Source: Gammaproteobacteria bacterium
GTDB taxonomy: Bacteria > Pseudomonadota > Gammaproteobacteria > Pseudomonadales > Pseudohongiellaceae
Direction: 5' to 3'
Assembly: GCA_030427065.1 (NCBI GenBank)
Contig: JAUHWU010000001.1
Span: 57,283 to 121,282 of the forward strand
Length of the DNA: 64,000 bases
The notes under the pieces were generated by a model. The model was not told the DNA's origin. It saw only the letters and a program-made list of their open reading frames with translations, and made no database searches. Below are positions 21,053-31,619 of the stretch, one piece after another (the stretch's first letter is position 1; the number at the start of each line of letters is the position of its first letter). Position numbers and translations under genes: made by a program.

Positions 21053-22839
21053 TGTCGGCCCCATCCCCATCAACCCCTGAACCCGTCCTGAACTCTGCGC
21101 CATACACAAGCAGTTTTGCCCTGTACAAAAGATTACTGAGCTATCTTCGTCCTTTACGAGTGTACTTTCTGCTGGGTATTTTTGGCTTTGTTATTTTTTC
21201 AGCAGCCAGCATATGGTTTTTTGATTTGCTCCAGGAACTGGTTGATACCATTAATTCAGGCGTAGCGCTGTCAGTAGAGCAGAGGCTGCATATTCCTCTG
21301 ACCTTAATTGTTATTGTCTGCTTTCGGGGCCTTGGAGGCTTTCTCGGCCCTTACTACATGGCCTATATTGCCAACCATGTTGTGCACCGGGTACGTACTG
21401 AATTAATGGATCGTTTTGTCGGCTTGCCAAGTACCTACTATGATCGCAATACAAGCGCTCATCTATTATCCACCGTCACCTTCAATGTTACCCAGATCAG
21501 TGCTGCGGTCAGTGATGCACTGACTGTGATCCTGCGCGAGGGAATCCTCGTCATTGCCCTGTTTGCTTTCCTGCTTTACCTGAACTGGAAGTTGACACTG
21601 ATGTTCGTGATCATCACTCCCGTTATTTCTGTCGTGGTAGTGTATGCCTCCAAAAAATTCCGCAAGCACAGTCATCGCATTCAGCTATCCATGGGCGATG
21701 TAACCCATATCCTGTCAGAAACCCTCAAGGGTATGAAAGTGGTCAAGACCTTCAGTGCTGAAGATCAGGTCAGGGAAAAGTTTCGCGAAGCCAGTGAGCG
21801 CAATCTGAAACAAAATCTGAAAATGATACTGGTGCAGTCCATCAGCACACCGATAATACAGGTGTTGGTCGCATCAGCATTGTCAGTATTACTGTGGCTG
21901 GCAATGTCGCCTGCCGTATTGGAAACCATGAGCCCGGGAGAATTTGTGACCTATATTGTGGTTGCCGGTTCCATGCTAAAGCCTATTCGTCAGCTATCCA
22001 AAATCAACTCCGTCGTGCAGAAGGGGCTTGCCGCAGCGCAATCAATTTTTCTTTTGCTGGATGAAGACACCGAAACAGATCAGGGCAGCAAAGTTGTAGA
22101 CAAACTCGAAGGTCGCGTTGAATTCAGGGATGTCTGTTTCTCCTATGAAGGCGCAGAAGCGCAGGTCCTTAATAATATTTCTTTCAGCTGTGAGGCAGGC
22201 AAAACAATTGCCATTGTGGGCAAGTCTGGTTCCGGCAAGAGTACCTTGGTAAATCTGGTACCGCGCTTTTATCAACAAAGTAGTGGGGAAATCCTGCTGG
22301 ATGGTATTAACTCGGCAGATATTACCCTGCATAGTTTACGCCGGCAGATTGCCCTGGTGAGTCAACAGGTAGTGCTATTCAATGGAACAGTACGGGAAAA
22401 CATTGCCTATGGTGAATTGCGCACTGTCAGTGATGAAAAAATTCGTGAAGCCCTGGTTAATGCCAATGCGCTTGGCTTTGTAGAAGAGCTGGCGGAGGGG
22501 CTGGACACCCGTATCGGTGATGATGGCTTTCTGCTCTCCGGCGGACAGCGTCAACGCCTGGCAATCGCCAGGGCTTTGCTGAAAAATGCGCCGATCCTTA
22601 TCCTTGATGAGGCTACCTCGGCGCTGGACTCTGAATCCGAAAATGCCATCCAGCTGGCATTGGAAACACTGATGCAGGGACGTACCACTTTTGTTATTGC
22701 ACACCGTCTATCAACCATCGAATCGGCGGACAGGATCCTGGTACTTGAAAGAGGATGGATCGTTGAAACGGGTACACACCAGGAATTATTGGCGGCTGGC
22801 GGTCACTATAAACAATTACATCAGTTGCAGTTTTCCTGA
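21052..22839 (+). CDS. msbA: Lipid A export ATP-binding/permease protein MsbA
   Basis: Half-transporter ABC exporter (GKSGSGKST, LSGGQRQRLAIARAL, ILILDEATSALD) directly upstream of lpxK, as in E. coli. Confidence 0.88.
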   Translation: MSAPSPSTPEPVLNSAPYTSSFALYKRLLSYLRPLRVYFLLGIFGFVIFSAASIWFFDLLQELVDTINSGVALSVEQRLHIPLTLIVIVCFRGLGGFLGPYYMAYIANHVVHRVRTELMDRFVGLPSTYYDRNTSAHLLSTVTFNVTQISAAVSDALTVILREGILVIALFAFLLYLNWKLTLMFVIITPVISVVVVYASKKFRKHSHRIQLSMGDVTHILSETLKGMKVVKTFSAEDQVREKFREASERNLKQNLKMILVQSISTPIIQVLVASALSVLLWLAMSPAVLETMSPGEFVTYIVVAGSMLKPIRQLSKINSVVQKGLAAAQSIFLLLDEDTETDQGSKVVDKLEGRVEFRDVCFSYEGAEAQVLNNISFSCEAGKTIAIVGKSGSGKSTLVNLVPRFYQQSSGEILLDGINSADITLHSLRRQIALVSQQVVLFNGTVRENIAYGELRTVSDEKIREALVNANALGFVEELAEGLDTRIGDDGFLLSGGQRQRLAIARALLKNAPILILDEATSALDSESENAIQLALETLMQGRTTFVIAHRLSTIESADRILVLERGWIVETGTHQELLAAGGHYKQLHQLQFS

Positions 22840-22845
22840 TGCTCC

Positions 22846-23862
22846 TTGATGACTCGGTTAACAAGCATGAAACTGCTGAATAATGCCTGGTACAGGAATG
22901 CCCGATGGGTGCGCTGTTTACGCCCCCTGAGTGCAATCTTTGGCCTGGTCAGTGGCCTGAGGCGGCACTATTACAGGAATACGGAGAAAGCCTTTAAGGC
23001 AAAATATCCTGTCATTGTCGTTGGCAATATCACCGCAGGCGGCACCGGTAAAACCCCACTGGTTATCTATATTGCCCAGCAATTACGTCAGCGCGGTTAT
23101 TCACCGGGTATCGTCAGCCGTGGATATGGATCACAGGCAGCGTCCTATCCATTTGCAGTGACACCACAAAGCAGTTTTCGGGACGCCGGGGAGGAACCGC
23201 TTATGATAGCGCATCACACCCATTGCCCTGTGATAATTGATCCTGATCGCAGCGCTGCAGTTCAGATGCTGGAAACACGGTATGACTGCAATATCATCAT
23301 CAGTGATGACGGGTTGCAACACTATCGACTGAGTCGAAATATAGAAATTGCCGTCGTTGATGGACAAAGGGGGCTTGGTAATGGCTTGTTACTGCCCGCC
23401 GGACCACTGCGAGAAAAGCCGGAGCGACTCAAGGAAGTGGATTTCATCGTTTCTAATGGCCCTTCAAAATACCCATTGCCCGGACATAGCTATGAGATGA
23501 ATCTTGATGCTACCCATCTGGTCCATCTGATAGATAACAAATCCCTGGCTATTGCAGATGAAGCCCTGCAGGAGATCAAGGACAAGAAAGTGCATGCTGT
23601 TGCCGGCATCGGTAATCCGGAACGTTTCTTCAACTCTCTTTGTGCCAGCGGATTTGATATTATTGCGCACATTTTCAGGGATCATCATTATTTTTCCAAA
23701 CAGGACATCAGCTTTGCCGATGAGCTGGATGTGGTAATGACGGAAAAAGATGCGACCAAGTGCAGGGACATAGCGTCTGACAGACACTGGTTTCTAAAAG
23801 TGGCTGCCCGTCTCCCTGATGAGTTCATGGACAAGTTAATAGAAAAACTTGCTGCCGTTTGA
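22846..23862 (+). CDS. lpxK: Tetraacyldisaccharide 4'-kinase
   Basis: [14 protein letters not shown]-loop and SRGYG motif. Confidence 0.9.
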   Translation: MMTRLTSMKLLNNAWYRNARWVRCLRPLSAIFGLVSGLRRHYYRNTEKAFKAKYPVIVVGNITAGGTGKTPLVIYIAQQLRQRGYSPGIVSRGYGSQAASYPFAVTPQSSFRDAGEEPLMIAHHTHCPVIIDPDRSAAVQMLETRYDCNIIISDDGLQHYRLSRNIEIAVVDGQRGLGNGLLLPAGPLREKPERLKEVDFIVSNGPSKYPLPGHSYEMNLDATHLVHLIDNKSLAIADEALQEIKDKKVHAVAGIGNPERFFNSLCASGFDIIAHIFRDHHYFSKQDISFADELDVVMTEKDATKCRDIASDRHWFLKVAARLPDEFMDKLIEKLAAV

Positions 23863-23887
23863 TTTATTACTAACTGAAAAACTGACT

Positions 23888-24082
23888 ATGGATAAAAAAC
23901 TTTTAACGATTCTTGCCTGTCCTCTTTGTAAAGGGGAATTGGTCCATAACAAAGAGACTAACGAGCTTATCTGTTATCCCGACAGCCTTGCCTATCCTGT
24001 GCGTGATGAAATTCCAATCATGCTGCAAAATGAAGCCCGGCCACTGACACCTGAAGAAAAAGCCAACAGGAAGAAAAAGTGA
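23888..24082 (+). CDS. ycaR: Trm112/YcaR family small protein (UPF0434)
   Basis: [16 protein letters not shown]...L.C....[12 protein letters not shown]. Conserved lpxK-ycaR-kdsB position. The track ORF start at 23849 overlaps lpxK and is less likely. Confidence 0.8.
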   Translation: MDKKLLTILACPLCKGELVHNKETNELICYPDSLAYPVRDEIPIMLQNEARPLTPEEKANRKKK

Positions 24083-24825
24083 GCTTTACGGTCGTTATAC
24101 CAGCGCGCTATCAATCAACACGATTACCTGGAAAACCACTGCTTGATATTGCAGGCAAGCCGATGTTGCACCATGTGGTTGCAAGAGCCCGGTCAAGTGC
24201 CGCAGATGCAGTCTATATAGCTACCGATGACGAGCGTATCAGACAAAGCTGTCAGGCGCTTGGAGACAATGTAATCATGACTTCAGCCGCGCATAACTCC
24301 GGAACTGACCGAATAGAAGAAGTTGCCCGTCTGCTAAACCTCGGTGATGAAGATATCGTTGTCAATGTGCAGGGAGACGAGCCGATGATTCCCCCTCAAG
24401 TCATTAACCAGGTGGCCAGTGATCTGGCAGGACATCCGGATGCGCAGATCTGCACATTATATGAAGAAATGACAGATTATGATGAGATTGTGAACCCTCA
24501 TAATGTAAAGGTTGTAGCCAATAATGCCGGCTACGCCATGTATTTTTCCAGAGCTCCCATTCCTTTCCCCAGAAATGACCGGGCTCAGGATAAGCCGGAA
24601 ATAAAGTACAAACGGCACATAGGAATTTACGCTTACCGCGTAAAAGTACTGCATGACTTTGTTAACTGGCCACAAAGCGAACTGGAAACAACCGAACAGC
24701 TGGAACAATTAAGAGCTATGGCGAACGGTGTCAGGATACATATTCAAAAAGCCTGTGCAAACATTCCCGCAGGTGTCGATACACCGGAAGATCTGGAAAA
24801 AGTCAGACGTCTGATGAATGCCTGA
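24079..24825 (+). CDS. kdsB: 3-deoxy-manno-octulosonate cytidylyltransferase (CMP-KDO synthetase)
   Basis: [26 protein letters not shown] start overlaps the ycaR stop. Confidence 0.92.
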   Translation: MSFTVVIPARYQSTRLPGKPLLDIAGKPMLHHVVARARSSAADAVYIATDDERIRQSCQALGDNVIMTSAAHNSGTDRIEEVARLLNLGDEDIVVNVQGDEPMIPPQVINQVASDLAGHPDAQICTLYEEMTDYDEIVNPHNVKVVANNAGYAMYFSRAPIPFPRNDRAQDKPEIKYKRHIGIYAYRVKVLHDFVNWPQSELETTEQLEQLRAMANGVRIHIQKACANIPAGVDTPEDLEKVRRLMNA

Positions 24826-24903
24826 GCTACGGGACATGAGTAAAAACGCATAATTCATTAAAAGAAATACCCGAAAAATTTTCGCCAGGATAAAGCAATT
24901 AAA

Positions 24904-25395
24904 ATGATGGAATCTGAAAAAGTAAAAATTCTTATGGTTTGCCTTGGCAATATCTGTCGATCTCCGACAGCCGAGGCAGTTTTCATGGCAAATGCCCGGC
25001 TTGAAAACCTTGATCGCTATGTTGAAGTGGATTCTGCCGGTACTGGCTCCTGGCACATCGGCCATGCACCGGACAAACGTGCGACACTGGCAGCCAGTCA
25101 CAGGAATTATGATATGTCTGCTTTACGGGCCCGTCAGGTCACTGTCGAGGACTTGGAAAACTTTGATTACATCTACGCCATGGACAAACAGAATCTGCAT
25201 GATCTGCTGGCCATGAGCACACCGGATCAGCAGCATAAAATTTCACTATTTCTGGAACATGCCAGCTGTGACGAATTGGAAGTACCTGATCCTTATTATA
25301 GCGGTGACGATGGTTTTGAACTGGTACTTGATCTGATTGAAGATGCTTCCTCAAATCTGCTGAAAAGCCTTGCCACTGACCACCATTGGTCATGA
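24904..25395 (+). CDS. Low-molecular-weight protein-tyrosine phosphatase
   Basis: Active-site loop VCLGNICRSPTAE (C-X5-R-S) and a DPYY acid-loop motif. Confidence 0.85.
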   Translation: MMESEKVKILMVCLGNICRSPTAEAVFMANARLENLDRYVEVDSAGTGSWHIGHAPDKRATLAASHRNYDMSALRARQVTVEDLENFDYIYAMDKQNLHDLLAMSTPDQQHKISLFLEHASCDELEVPDPYYSGDDGFELVLDLIEDASSNLLKSLATDHHWS

Positions 25396-25416
25396 TCTTA
25401 AAATCGTTCTAACTTT

Positions 25417-26430
25417 ATGGAAATACTCGAAAATTTTAATCTGAAGCATTTTAATACGTTTCATGTGTCTGCCCACGCCCGCTATTTTGTCAATGCCACA
25501 GGCCTTGATTGTCTGCGTGAGGCGCTGGCATTTGCACGGCATAAGGAAATCCCTTTCATGCTGATCGGGCAGGGGAGCAATTTGTTATTCAAGGAAGACT
25601 ATCCAGGTCTGGTTATTGAAATGAATATCCGGGGCAAGGAACTGATCAGTGAAGATGACGATTTTTATTATGTAAAAGCCCGCTGTGGTGAAAACTGGCA
25701 TAACTTTGTGCAGTGGTCTCTGGAACATGATTATTACGGCATGGAAAACCTGTCGCTGATTCCAGGCACAGTCGGTGCTGCGCCCGTGCAAAATATTGGC
25801 GCCTATGGCATAGAGCTGTGTGACGTCATGGTTTCCCTTGAGGCACTTGAGATCGCCAGCGGTGAGCTGAAAACCTTCACTAACGAAGAGTGTCATTTCT
25901 CCTATCGCAATTCGGTTTTCAAACAGGAGTTAAAAGATCAGTTCATTATTTATAGTGTGACTTTCGGCCTGAGAAAAGTGCCACGCCTCAACACCGGTTA
26001 CGCGGCACTGGCCAAAGCACTGGAAGCATATTCTGCTGATGAAATTACGCCACGACTGGTCAGCGAAACGGTATGTGAAATTCGTCGTGGTAAATTGCCT
26101 AATCCTAAACGTCTGGGTAATGCAGGCAGTTTTTTCTGGAATCCGGAAATTCCCCTGGCAGATTTTTCTGCGCTGCAGAAAACCTATCCTGATATTGTCG
26201 GCTATGCCAATGCAGAGATCGTCAAACTGGCGGCGGCCTGGTTGATTGATCAGGCCGGCTGGAAAGGCTATCGCGAAGGTGATGTTGGTGTTCATCAGGA
26301 TCATGCCCTGGTCCTGGTTAACTATGGCCAGGCCACGGGAGCAGAACTGGTTGATCTTTCCGAACGTATCCAGCAATCAGTAAAAGAAAAGTTCGGCATT
26401 GAACTGACTCCCGAAGTCCGAATAATCTGA
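25417..26430 (+). CDS. murB: UDP-N-acetylenolpyruvoylglucosamine reductase
   Basis: FAD-binding PCMH N-terminus (NTF...IGQGSNLL), GNAGSFFWNP, long E. coli-type MurB. Confidence 0.92.
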   Translation: MEILENFNLKHFNTFHVSAHARYFVNATGLDCLREALAFARHKEIPFMLIGQGSNLLFKEDYPGLVIEMNIRGKELISEDDDFYYVKARCGENWHNFVQWSLEHDYYGMENLSLIPGTVGAAPVQNIGAYGIELCDVMVSLEALEIASGELKTFTNEECHFSYRNSVFKQELKDQFIIYSVTFGLRKVPRLNTGYAALAKALEAYSADEITPRLVSETVCEIRRGKLPNPKRLGNAGSFFWNPEIPLADFSALQKTYPDIVGYANAEIVKLAAAWLIDQAGWKGYREGDVGVHQDHALVLVNYGQATGAELVDLSERIQQSVKEKFGIELTPEVRII

Positions 26431-26451
26431 CGAATTGATATTGCATGCCAG

Positions 26452-28314
26452 GTGTATGATTCACCCATGACAGATACTTCTTCCACAGTGCGTTTGTTTG
26501 ATTCAGGCAACTTTCTGAAACACGCCAGTTCGCGCCCTGGTGTATATCGCATGCTCGATACCGAAGGTGAAGTGCTCTATGTTGGCAAGGCGAAAAATCT
26601 TAAAAAGCGTTTAAGCAGTTATTTCCGCGTTAGTGGACTTGATAACAAAACCATTGCGCTGGTAAGCAGAATTGCTGACATTGAAATCACCATTACTGGC
26701 AGTGAAATCGAAGCGCTGTTACTCGAACAAAACCTTATCAAGGAAAAAAGGCCCCCTTATAATATTCTGCTGAGGGATGACAAATCCTATCCCTATATTT
26801 TCCTGTCATCGGAAGATACCTTCCCAAGGCTTGGCTTCCATCGTGGCAGCAAGAAAATGAAGGGTCGCTATTTTGGTCCTTTTCCCAGTGCCGGCGCAGT
26901 CAGAGAGAGCCTGGCACTGTTACAAAAAATATTTCATGTGCGCCAGTGCGAAGACAGTTATTTCAGAAATCGTACGCGTCCGTGTCTGCAGTACCAGATC
27001 AAGCGCTGCTCGGGTCCCTGCGTTAACCTGACCTCGCCTGAATCCTATGCCGATGATGTACGCCATTCTGTTATGTTTCTGGAAGGCAGGAACGACCAGA
27101 TCAGGGACGAACTGACCGCCAGGATGGAGTCTCTTTCCAGTGAATTAAAGTTTGAAGAAGCCTCTGTTATTAGGGACCAGATAAAAGACCTGCGGATAAT
27201 CCAGGAAAGCCAGTTTGTGTCAGGTGAAAAAGGCGATGTGGATGTGATTGCCATGGCCCGGGAATCGGGGGCTGTCTGTATTCATGTCATATTTGTCAGG
27301 GCGGGCAGAGTGCTGGGCAACAAGAATTTTTATCCGCGCTTTGTACTGGAAAAGGAACCCGGTGAGATCATGCAGGCCTTCATTGCCCAGTATTATCTCA
27401 GGGAACAGCATGGACAAAGCATTCCCCGGGAAATCCTCTGTAACCAGCCACCTCAGGAAGCTACCGAGCTGGCTGATGCGCTGACTTACCTTGCGCAAAG
27501 GGCTGTCAGCATCAAGTACAAGCTCAGGGGGCATCGATCGCAATGGCTTAATCTGGCCAGTATTAATGCCGGTCACGGTTTGTCGAGCAAGCTGAACAGC
27601 AAACGCAGCATGCAGGAACGCATGACTGCCTTGCAAAGCGCACTCTCACTGGATGCGCCGCCTCTGCGCCTGGAATGTTTTGATATCAGCCACAGTTCAG
27701 GCGAGGCAACAGTGGCATCCTGCGTCGTGTTTGACCAAAACGGGCCTTTAAAGTCCGATTATCGACGTTTTAATATTGAGAATATCACCCCCGGTGATGA
27801 CTATGCCGCTATGGAGCAGGCTCTCAGGCGTCGATATATCAGGCTCAAAAAAGGAGAGGCACGACTGCCGGATATTCTGGTCATTGATGGTGGTCTGGGA
27901 CAGCTGGGCCAGGCGGAAAAAGTACTGGAGTCACTGGAGGTCAAAGGTGTGCAGCTTTTGGCTATTGCCAAAGGCATCAGTCGCAAGGCAGGCCAGGAAA
28001 CGCTTATTCTTGGCGATAGCCACAAGGAAACGGTTTTGCCACCAGAGTCACCAGCCCTGCATTTGTTGCAGCATATTCGTGATGAATCCCACCGTTTTGC
28101 CATCACCGCCCATCGCCAGCGCCGCGGCAAAAAACGCACATCTTCATTTCTTGATGAAATTCCCGGCATCGGTCCGTCCAGGCGCCGTGATTTGATTCAG
28201 TATTTTGGCGGGCAGCAGGAAATCAAGCGAGCCAGCGTGCAACAGTTACAAAAAGTGAACGGCATCAGTAAATCCCTGGCCAGGGATATCTATGACTATA
28301 TTCATGCTTCCTGA
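26452..28314 (+). CDS. uvrC: Excinuclease ABC subunit C
   Basis: GIY-YIG (PGVYRMLDTEGEVLYVGKAKNLKKRLSSYF), UVR domain and C-terminal (HhH)2. Start is GTG 26452 or ATG 26467. Confidence 0.93.
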   Translation: MYDSPMTDTSSTVRLFDSGNFLKHASSRPGVYRMLDTEGEVLYVGKAKNLKKRLSSYFRVSGLDNKTIALVSRIADIEITITGSEIEALLLEQNLIKEKRPPYNILLRDDKSYPYIFLSSEDTFPRLGFHRGSKKMKGRYFGPFPSAGAVRESLALLQKIFHVRQCEDSYFRNRTRPCLQYQIKRCSGPCVNLTSPESYADDVRHSVMFLEGRNDQIRDELTARMESLSSELKFEEASVIRDQIKDLRIIQESQFVSGEKGDVDVIAMARESGAVCIHVIFVRAGRVLGNKNFYPRFVLEKEPGEIMQAFIAQYYLREQHGQSIPREILCNQPPQEATELADALTYLAQRAVSIKYKLRGHRSQWLNLASINAGHGLSSKLNSKRSMQERMTALQSALSLDAPPLRLECFDISHSSGEATVASCVVFDQNGPLKSDYRRFNIENITPGDDYAAMEQALRRRYIRLKKGEARLPDILVIDGGLGQLGQAEKVLESLEVKGVQLLAIAKGISRKAGQETLILGDSHKETVLPPESPALHLLQHIRDESHRFAITAHRQRRGKKRTSSFLDEIPGIGPSRRRDLIQYFGGQQEIKRASVQQLQKVNGISKSLARDIYDYIHAS

Positions 28315-28434
28315 GTCTCGACATATCCTTTTTAGATAAGCGGAAAGATAACCGGGATAGCCACAGGGCAGGGTGCCGGCCTCTTTACCCGGTACATACC
28401 ATTTATATGCCCGAACTTCTCATTCTCCGGTACA

Positions 28435-29001
28435 ATGCCTGTCATGAATCTGGCCAACTTTATGACATTACTGCGCATACTTGCCATTCCGGTATTTATC
28501 GTTGTCTATTACGCTGATTTCCGGGGCCACTACCTGGCCTCTTCTCTGATATTTATTCTTGCCTGTGTCACGGACTGGCTGGATGGATATCTGGCTCGGA
28601 AGCTGGATCAATGCACGCCTTTCGGTGCTTTTCTCGACCCGGTTGCCGACAAAATACTCGTTACTGTCGCGCTGGTGATGCTGGCTGCCAATTATGCCAG
28701 CCCCTGGTTTGTTATACCGGCGGCCATCATGGTGGCCAGAGAGATCCTGATATCTGCATTAAGGGAGTGGATGGCCGAGAATAATCAGCGCAATGTCGTC
28801 GCTGTTGGTTATCTGGGCAAGGTGAAAACCACTGTACAGATGATCGCGATTATCGTGCTTCTGGCCAGTGATCCGGGTGGTTCTTTCTGGTTCTGGGGCC
28901 TGGGCTATGTGCTTATTTATGCGGCTGCCATATTGACTCTCTGGTCGATGATTCTCTACCTGAGAAGTGCCTGGCCAATACTTGCATCAGAACTCAAGTA
29001 A
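28435..29001 (+). CDS. pgsA: CDP-diacylglycerol--glycerol-3-phosphate 3-phosphatidyltransferase
   Basis: CDP-alcohol phosphatidyltransferase motif DWLDGYLARK...GAFLDPVADK. uvrC-pgsA-tRNA synteny as in E. coli. Confidence 0.92.
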   Translation: MPVMNLANFMTLLRILAIPVFIVVYYADFRGHYLASSLIFILACVTDWLDGYLARKLDQCTPFGAFLDPVADKILVTVALVMLAANYASPWFVIPAAIMVAREILISALREWMAENNQRNVVAVGYLGKVKTTVQMIAIIVLLASDPGGSFWFWGLGYVLIYAAAILTLWSMILYLRSAWPILASELK

Positions 29002-29015
29002 GCCCCTGATTCCTC

Positions 29016-29043
29016 TTGACTTACGTGGCTGGCAGATTAGAAT
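29016..29043 (+). promoter_or_regulatory. Candidate sigma70 promoter (TTGACT-16 nt-TAGAAT) upstream of the tRNA cluster
   Basis: TTGACT at 29016-29021 and TAGAAT at 29038-29043. It lies about 200 nt upstream of tRNA-Gly, so assignment to the tRNA operon is tentative. Confidence 0.3.
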
Positions 29044-29241
29044 AGCCACCTCTTTGAAAGCCCCGGTTGAATATTGTATCGGGAAGCGACTGCAGGATCT
29101 TTTTTTCAGCAGGATTTATTGGAAAAAAGGTGTTGAGTAAGGCCAAAGAGCCTGAGCAAAGAGACAATTTGGCAATAACGTTATTCACAGCAATGTGACT
29201 CATCCACTGGATGTCTCATGAAAGGGTAGTGAATACATAAA

Positions 29242-29317
<76 letters not shown>

Positions 29318-29344
29318 AATTGCCGGATGTTTAAGTCCTTTAAA

Positions 29345-29418
29345 GGCTGGATGGCAGAGTGGTTATGCAGCGGACTGCAACTCCGTGTACGCCGGTTCGA
29401 TTCCGACTCCAGCCTCCA
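29345..29418 (+). tRNA. cysT: tRNA-Cys (anticodon GCA)
   Basis: Acceptor GGCTGGA/TCCAGCC, anticodon stem-loop GCGGA-CTGCAAC-TCCGT, T-loop TTCGATT, CCA. One C-A mismatch in the T-stem. Aligns well with E. coli tRNA-Cys. Confidence 0.85.
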
Positions 29419-29551
29419 TTTCCCAGGGGCTTTCACTTCCAGATTGTTCTCTCGATTAAAATCGCTCAAGCGCCAGACGTCTTACTGATGTAAATTGGAA
29501 TTAGTCGTTTAAGCTGAAGCAGTTCAGCTCTTTCATGCCACTCACGTATTT

Positions 29552-29638
29552 GCCCGGGTGGCGAAATTGGTAGACGCAAGGGACTTAAAATCCCTCGAGG
29601 GCAACCTCGTGCCGGTTCAAGTCCGGCCCCGGGCACCA
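29552..29638 (+). tRNA. leuZ: tRNA-Leu (anticodon TAA)
   Basis: Acceptor GCCCGGG/CCCGGGC, anticodon loop CTTAAAA, long variable arm CGAGGGCAACCTCG, T-loop TTCAAGT, CCA. Confidence 0.92.
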
Positions 29639-29909
29639 TATACTTTATTAATTTCCAGAATCACCTTTTCTAATAGTCCCTATATATAATAAAAAGAAAA
29701 TGCAGCGGCGAAGAAGACTGGTCATATCATTTCTTCCCGGATGAGACATGGTGTAATTCGATTATTGGCCTTATTCCAGGATCTGATCTCCAAACACCAA
29801 AACTACCGGTTACAGGGACTAATTCATTCCTGTGTAGAAAGGTACTTGCCCTGGCAATTATGAAGATAAATGATTAACAACTCTGTAAAAACGGGGTATG
29901 GTTTGCCGT

Positions 29910-30056
29910 ATGAAAGAAGATGAATACATGGAAAAGCGCAAGGAGCTGGTCTCAGGTCAGGCCAGGAAGCGTTCCAGTATTTACCCTTTGCTGATGGGGG
30001 TGTTTGTCGTCATGATTCTGACTAATGTCGCGATGCTGGCAATCAATAATATCTAA
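29910..30056 (+). CDS. Hypothetical 48-aa single-TM peptide (MKEDEYMEKRKELVSGQARKRSSIYPLLMGVFVVMILTNVAMLAINNI)
   Basis: ATG...TAA ORF below the track's size cutoff, with a charged N-terminus and one hydrophobic helix. No homology evidence. Confidence 0.25.
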   Translation: MKEDEYMEKRKELVSGQARKRSSIYPLLMGVFVVMILTNVAMLAINNI

Positions 30057-30175
30057 TTCTTATAATTCTTTTAATTTGTCCTTACTTTTTCGCAGTCATC
30101 TTACGTTATTTTCTTTTCTTTGGAATTTCCACTTTAGTATTGGCAGTTTCCTTTCCTGACTGACGTTCAACTACT

Positions 30176-30919
30176 TTATAAAATATTCTTTTCTGTGGGC
30201 TGTTTCATTCCATACTCGTCTGAAGGGCTGTTATTTTTCGGATTATTTTTGTCAAATAGTCGAGGGTTTTTCTCGACAAAATCACGAATCCAGCGTTCCA
30301 GGAATGAGTCTGCTTCCCGGTTATTAATATATCCCCATCCCAGTATGGCAATAAATGCAGCGCCGGCCACATCCACAATCAGATCCCACATGGTGTCCTG
30401 CAAACCACTTTTCTGCATATTCAGACCAAACACCTGATCCATGCCATATTCAAATATTTCCCACAGGGCACCAATGCTTACTGCAAACATGAAGGCAAAC
30501 AGGGCTATGAACTTGGGCTTTATATCAAGGTCAATGTCCTTCCTTTCGTTGAGTACATAGACCATGAGGAAGCCCAAAATGCCCAACAGGAATGCCGAAC
30601 CACTATGCAGCACCAGGTCCCACCACCAGAATCGGGTGTAATAGCCCTGGGTTTCTCCAAGAAACAATGACATATAAAGAAAAATAACCGCCAGGGTTTC
30701 AAAGCCATGGGGAATACGCACGTCGAACCTTTTGCCAAGAATTATCGGCAGGAAAGTAATAAACAGGATTACCAGAATCTCAGCCATGGCCTGATAACGA
30801 CCCTGAAAAAACATCAGCACCGCGCCAACAGAAAGACTGAACTTCAGAAACACAGAGAGTCTCTGATGGATATACTGGGCAAAAGTTTCAGGATTGAATT
30901 TGATTTTCAGAATATTCAT
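30176..30919 (-). CDS. Hypothetical polytopic inner-membrane protein (possibly distant YjdF/DUF2238-like)
   Basis: 247 aa with about 6 hydrophobic helices. The motif WEIFEYGMD...LQDTMWDLIVDVAGA resembles the ExxEW...GDxWDxQxDMxxAxxGA pattern I recall for DUF2238. The family call is weak. Confidence 0.6.
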   Translation of the reverse strand: MNILKIKFNPETFAQYIHQRLSVFLKFSLSVGAVLMFFQGRYQAMAEILVILFITFLPIILGKRFDVRIPHGFETLAVIFLYMSLFLGETQGYYTRFWWWDLVLHSGSAFLLGILGFLMVYVLNERKDIDLDIKPKFIALFAFMFAVSIGALWEIFEYGMDQVFGLNMQKSGLQDTMWDLIVDVAGAAFIAILGWGYINNREADSFLERWIRDFVEKNPRLFDKNNPKNNSPSDEYGMKQPTEKNIL

Positions 30920-31106
30920 TTTATAAAGTGATCTTTAGTTTAGCGGCAGGGTATCAGTATGCGCTTAAATTGTTAATAGCGGGCAAATGAGTGGTAATTA
31001 GACATGATTGAACATTATAACGAGAAGGGCGGGGTGATCAGCAAATAGGCGACAGGCATTGATAATCACTTTGGCAGTGTGAAGCGCAAAAGACTACAAT
31101 TTCATC

Positions 31107-31523
31107 ATGACAGATATACTAAAATCCATATTAGGCAATGAATCACTCCTGGTGATTTTTGGTATCGTCTCAGTTCTTTTTTTTATTATTACCCTGACAG
31201 TAATTCCATGGCTCATTCTGCAAATCCCTGAGGATTACTTTACAGAAGAAACGCGCCATTCTCTGTTGAATGAAATGCATCATCCTGTGGTGAAAGTTGT
31301 CTTGTTGATTTCGAAAAATATTGCTGGTGCATTCTTTCTGCTGCTGGGAATTGCCTTGCTGGTATTACCCGGACAGGGTCTGTTGACCATGCTGCTGGGA
31401 ATTGTCCTCATCGACTTTCCTGGCAAGTACAAACTCCAGCGCTGGTTTGTGCAACACAAATCCATACTGCATTCAGTCAACTGGTTACGAAAGAAAGGTA
31501 ACAGGCCGCCAATCCAGATATAA
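31107..31523 (+). CDS. Hypothetical small membrane protein (PGPGW-like)
   Basis: 138 aa with three hydrophobic segments. LLVLPGQGLLTMLLGIVLIDFPGK resembles the PGPGW transmembrane family signature. The family call is tentative. Confidence 0.55.
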   Translation: MTDILKSILGNESLLVIFGIVSVLFFIITLTVIPWLILQIPEDYFTEETRHSLLNEMHHPVVKVVLLISKNIAGAFFLLLGIALLVLPGQGLLTMLLGIVLIDFPGKYKLQRWFVQHKSILHSVNWLRKKGNRPPIQI

Positions 31524-31619
31524 TCCATAGCTTGAAATATTCCGTATCCGATACCCAGGCCCGGTAACAACTTATCAAACCCCAAACTAACAACCTCTAC
31601 ATTTTATTCATTTGTCGTT

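Noticed and set aside
29044-29241. A possible ncRNA or leader in the ~200 nt between the candidate promoter and tRNA-Gly.
   Set aside because: I could not fold a convincing structure or recognise a known RNA family by eye. The promoter assignment is itself weak.
29639-31619. A direct repeat of the tRNA-Leu 3' end (attR) that would delimit an integrated islet.
   Set aside because: Scanning by eye found no copy of GTCCGGCCCCGGGCACCA or a long sub-string of it downstream, and there is no integrase gene. This is not decisive without a computed repeat search.
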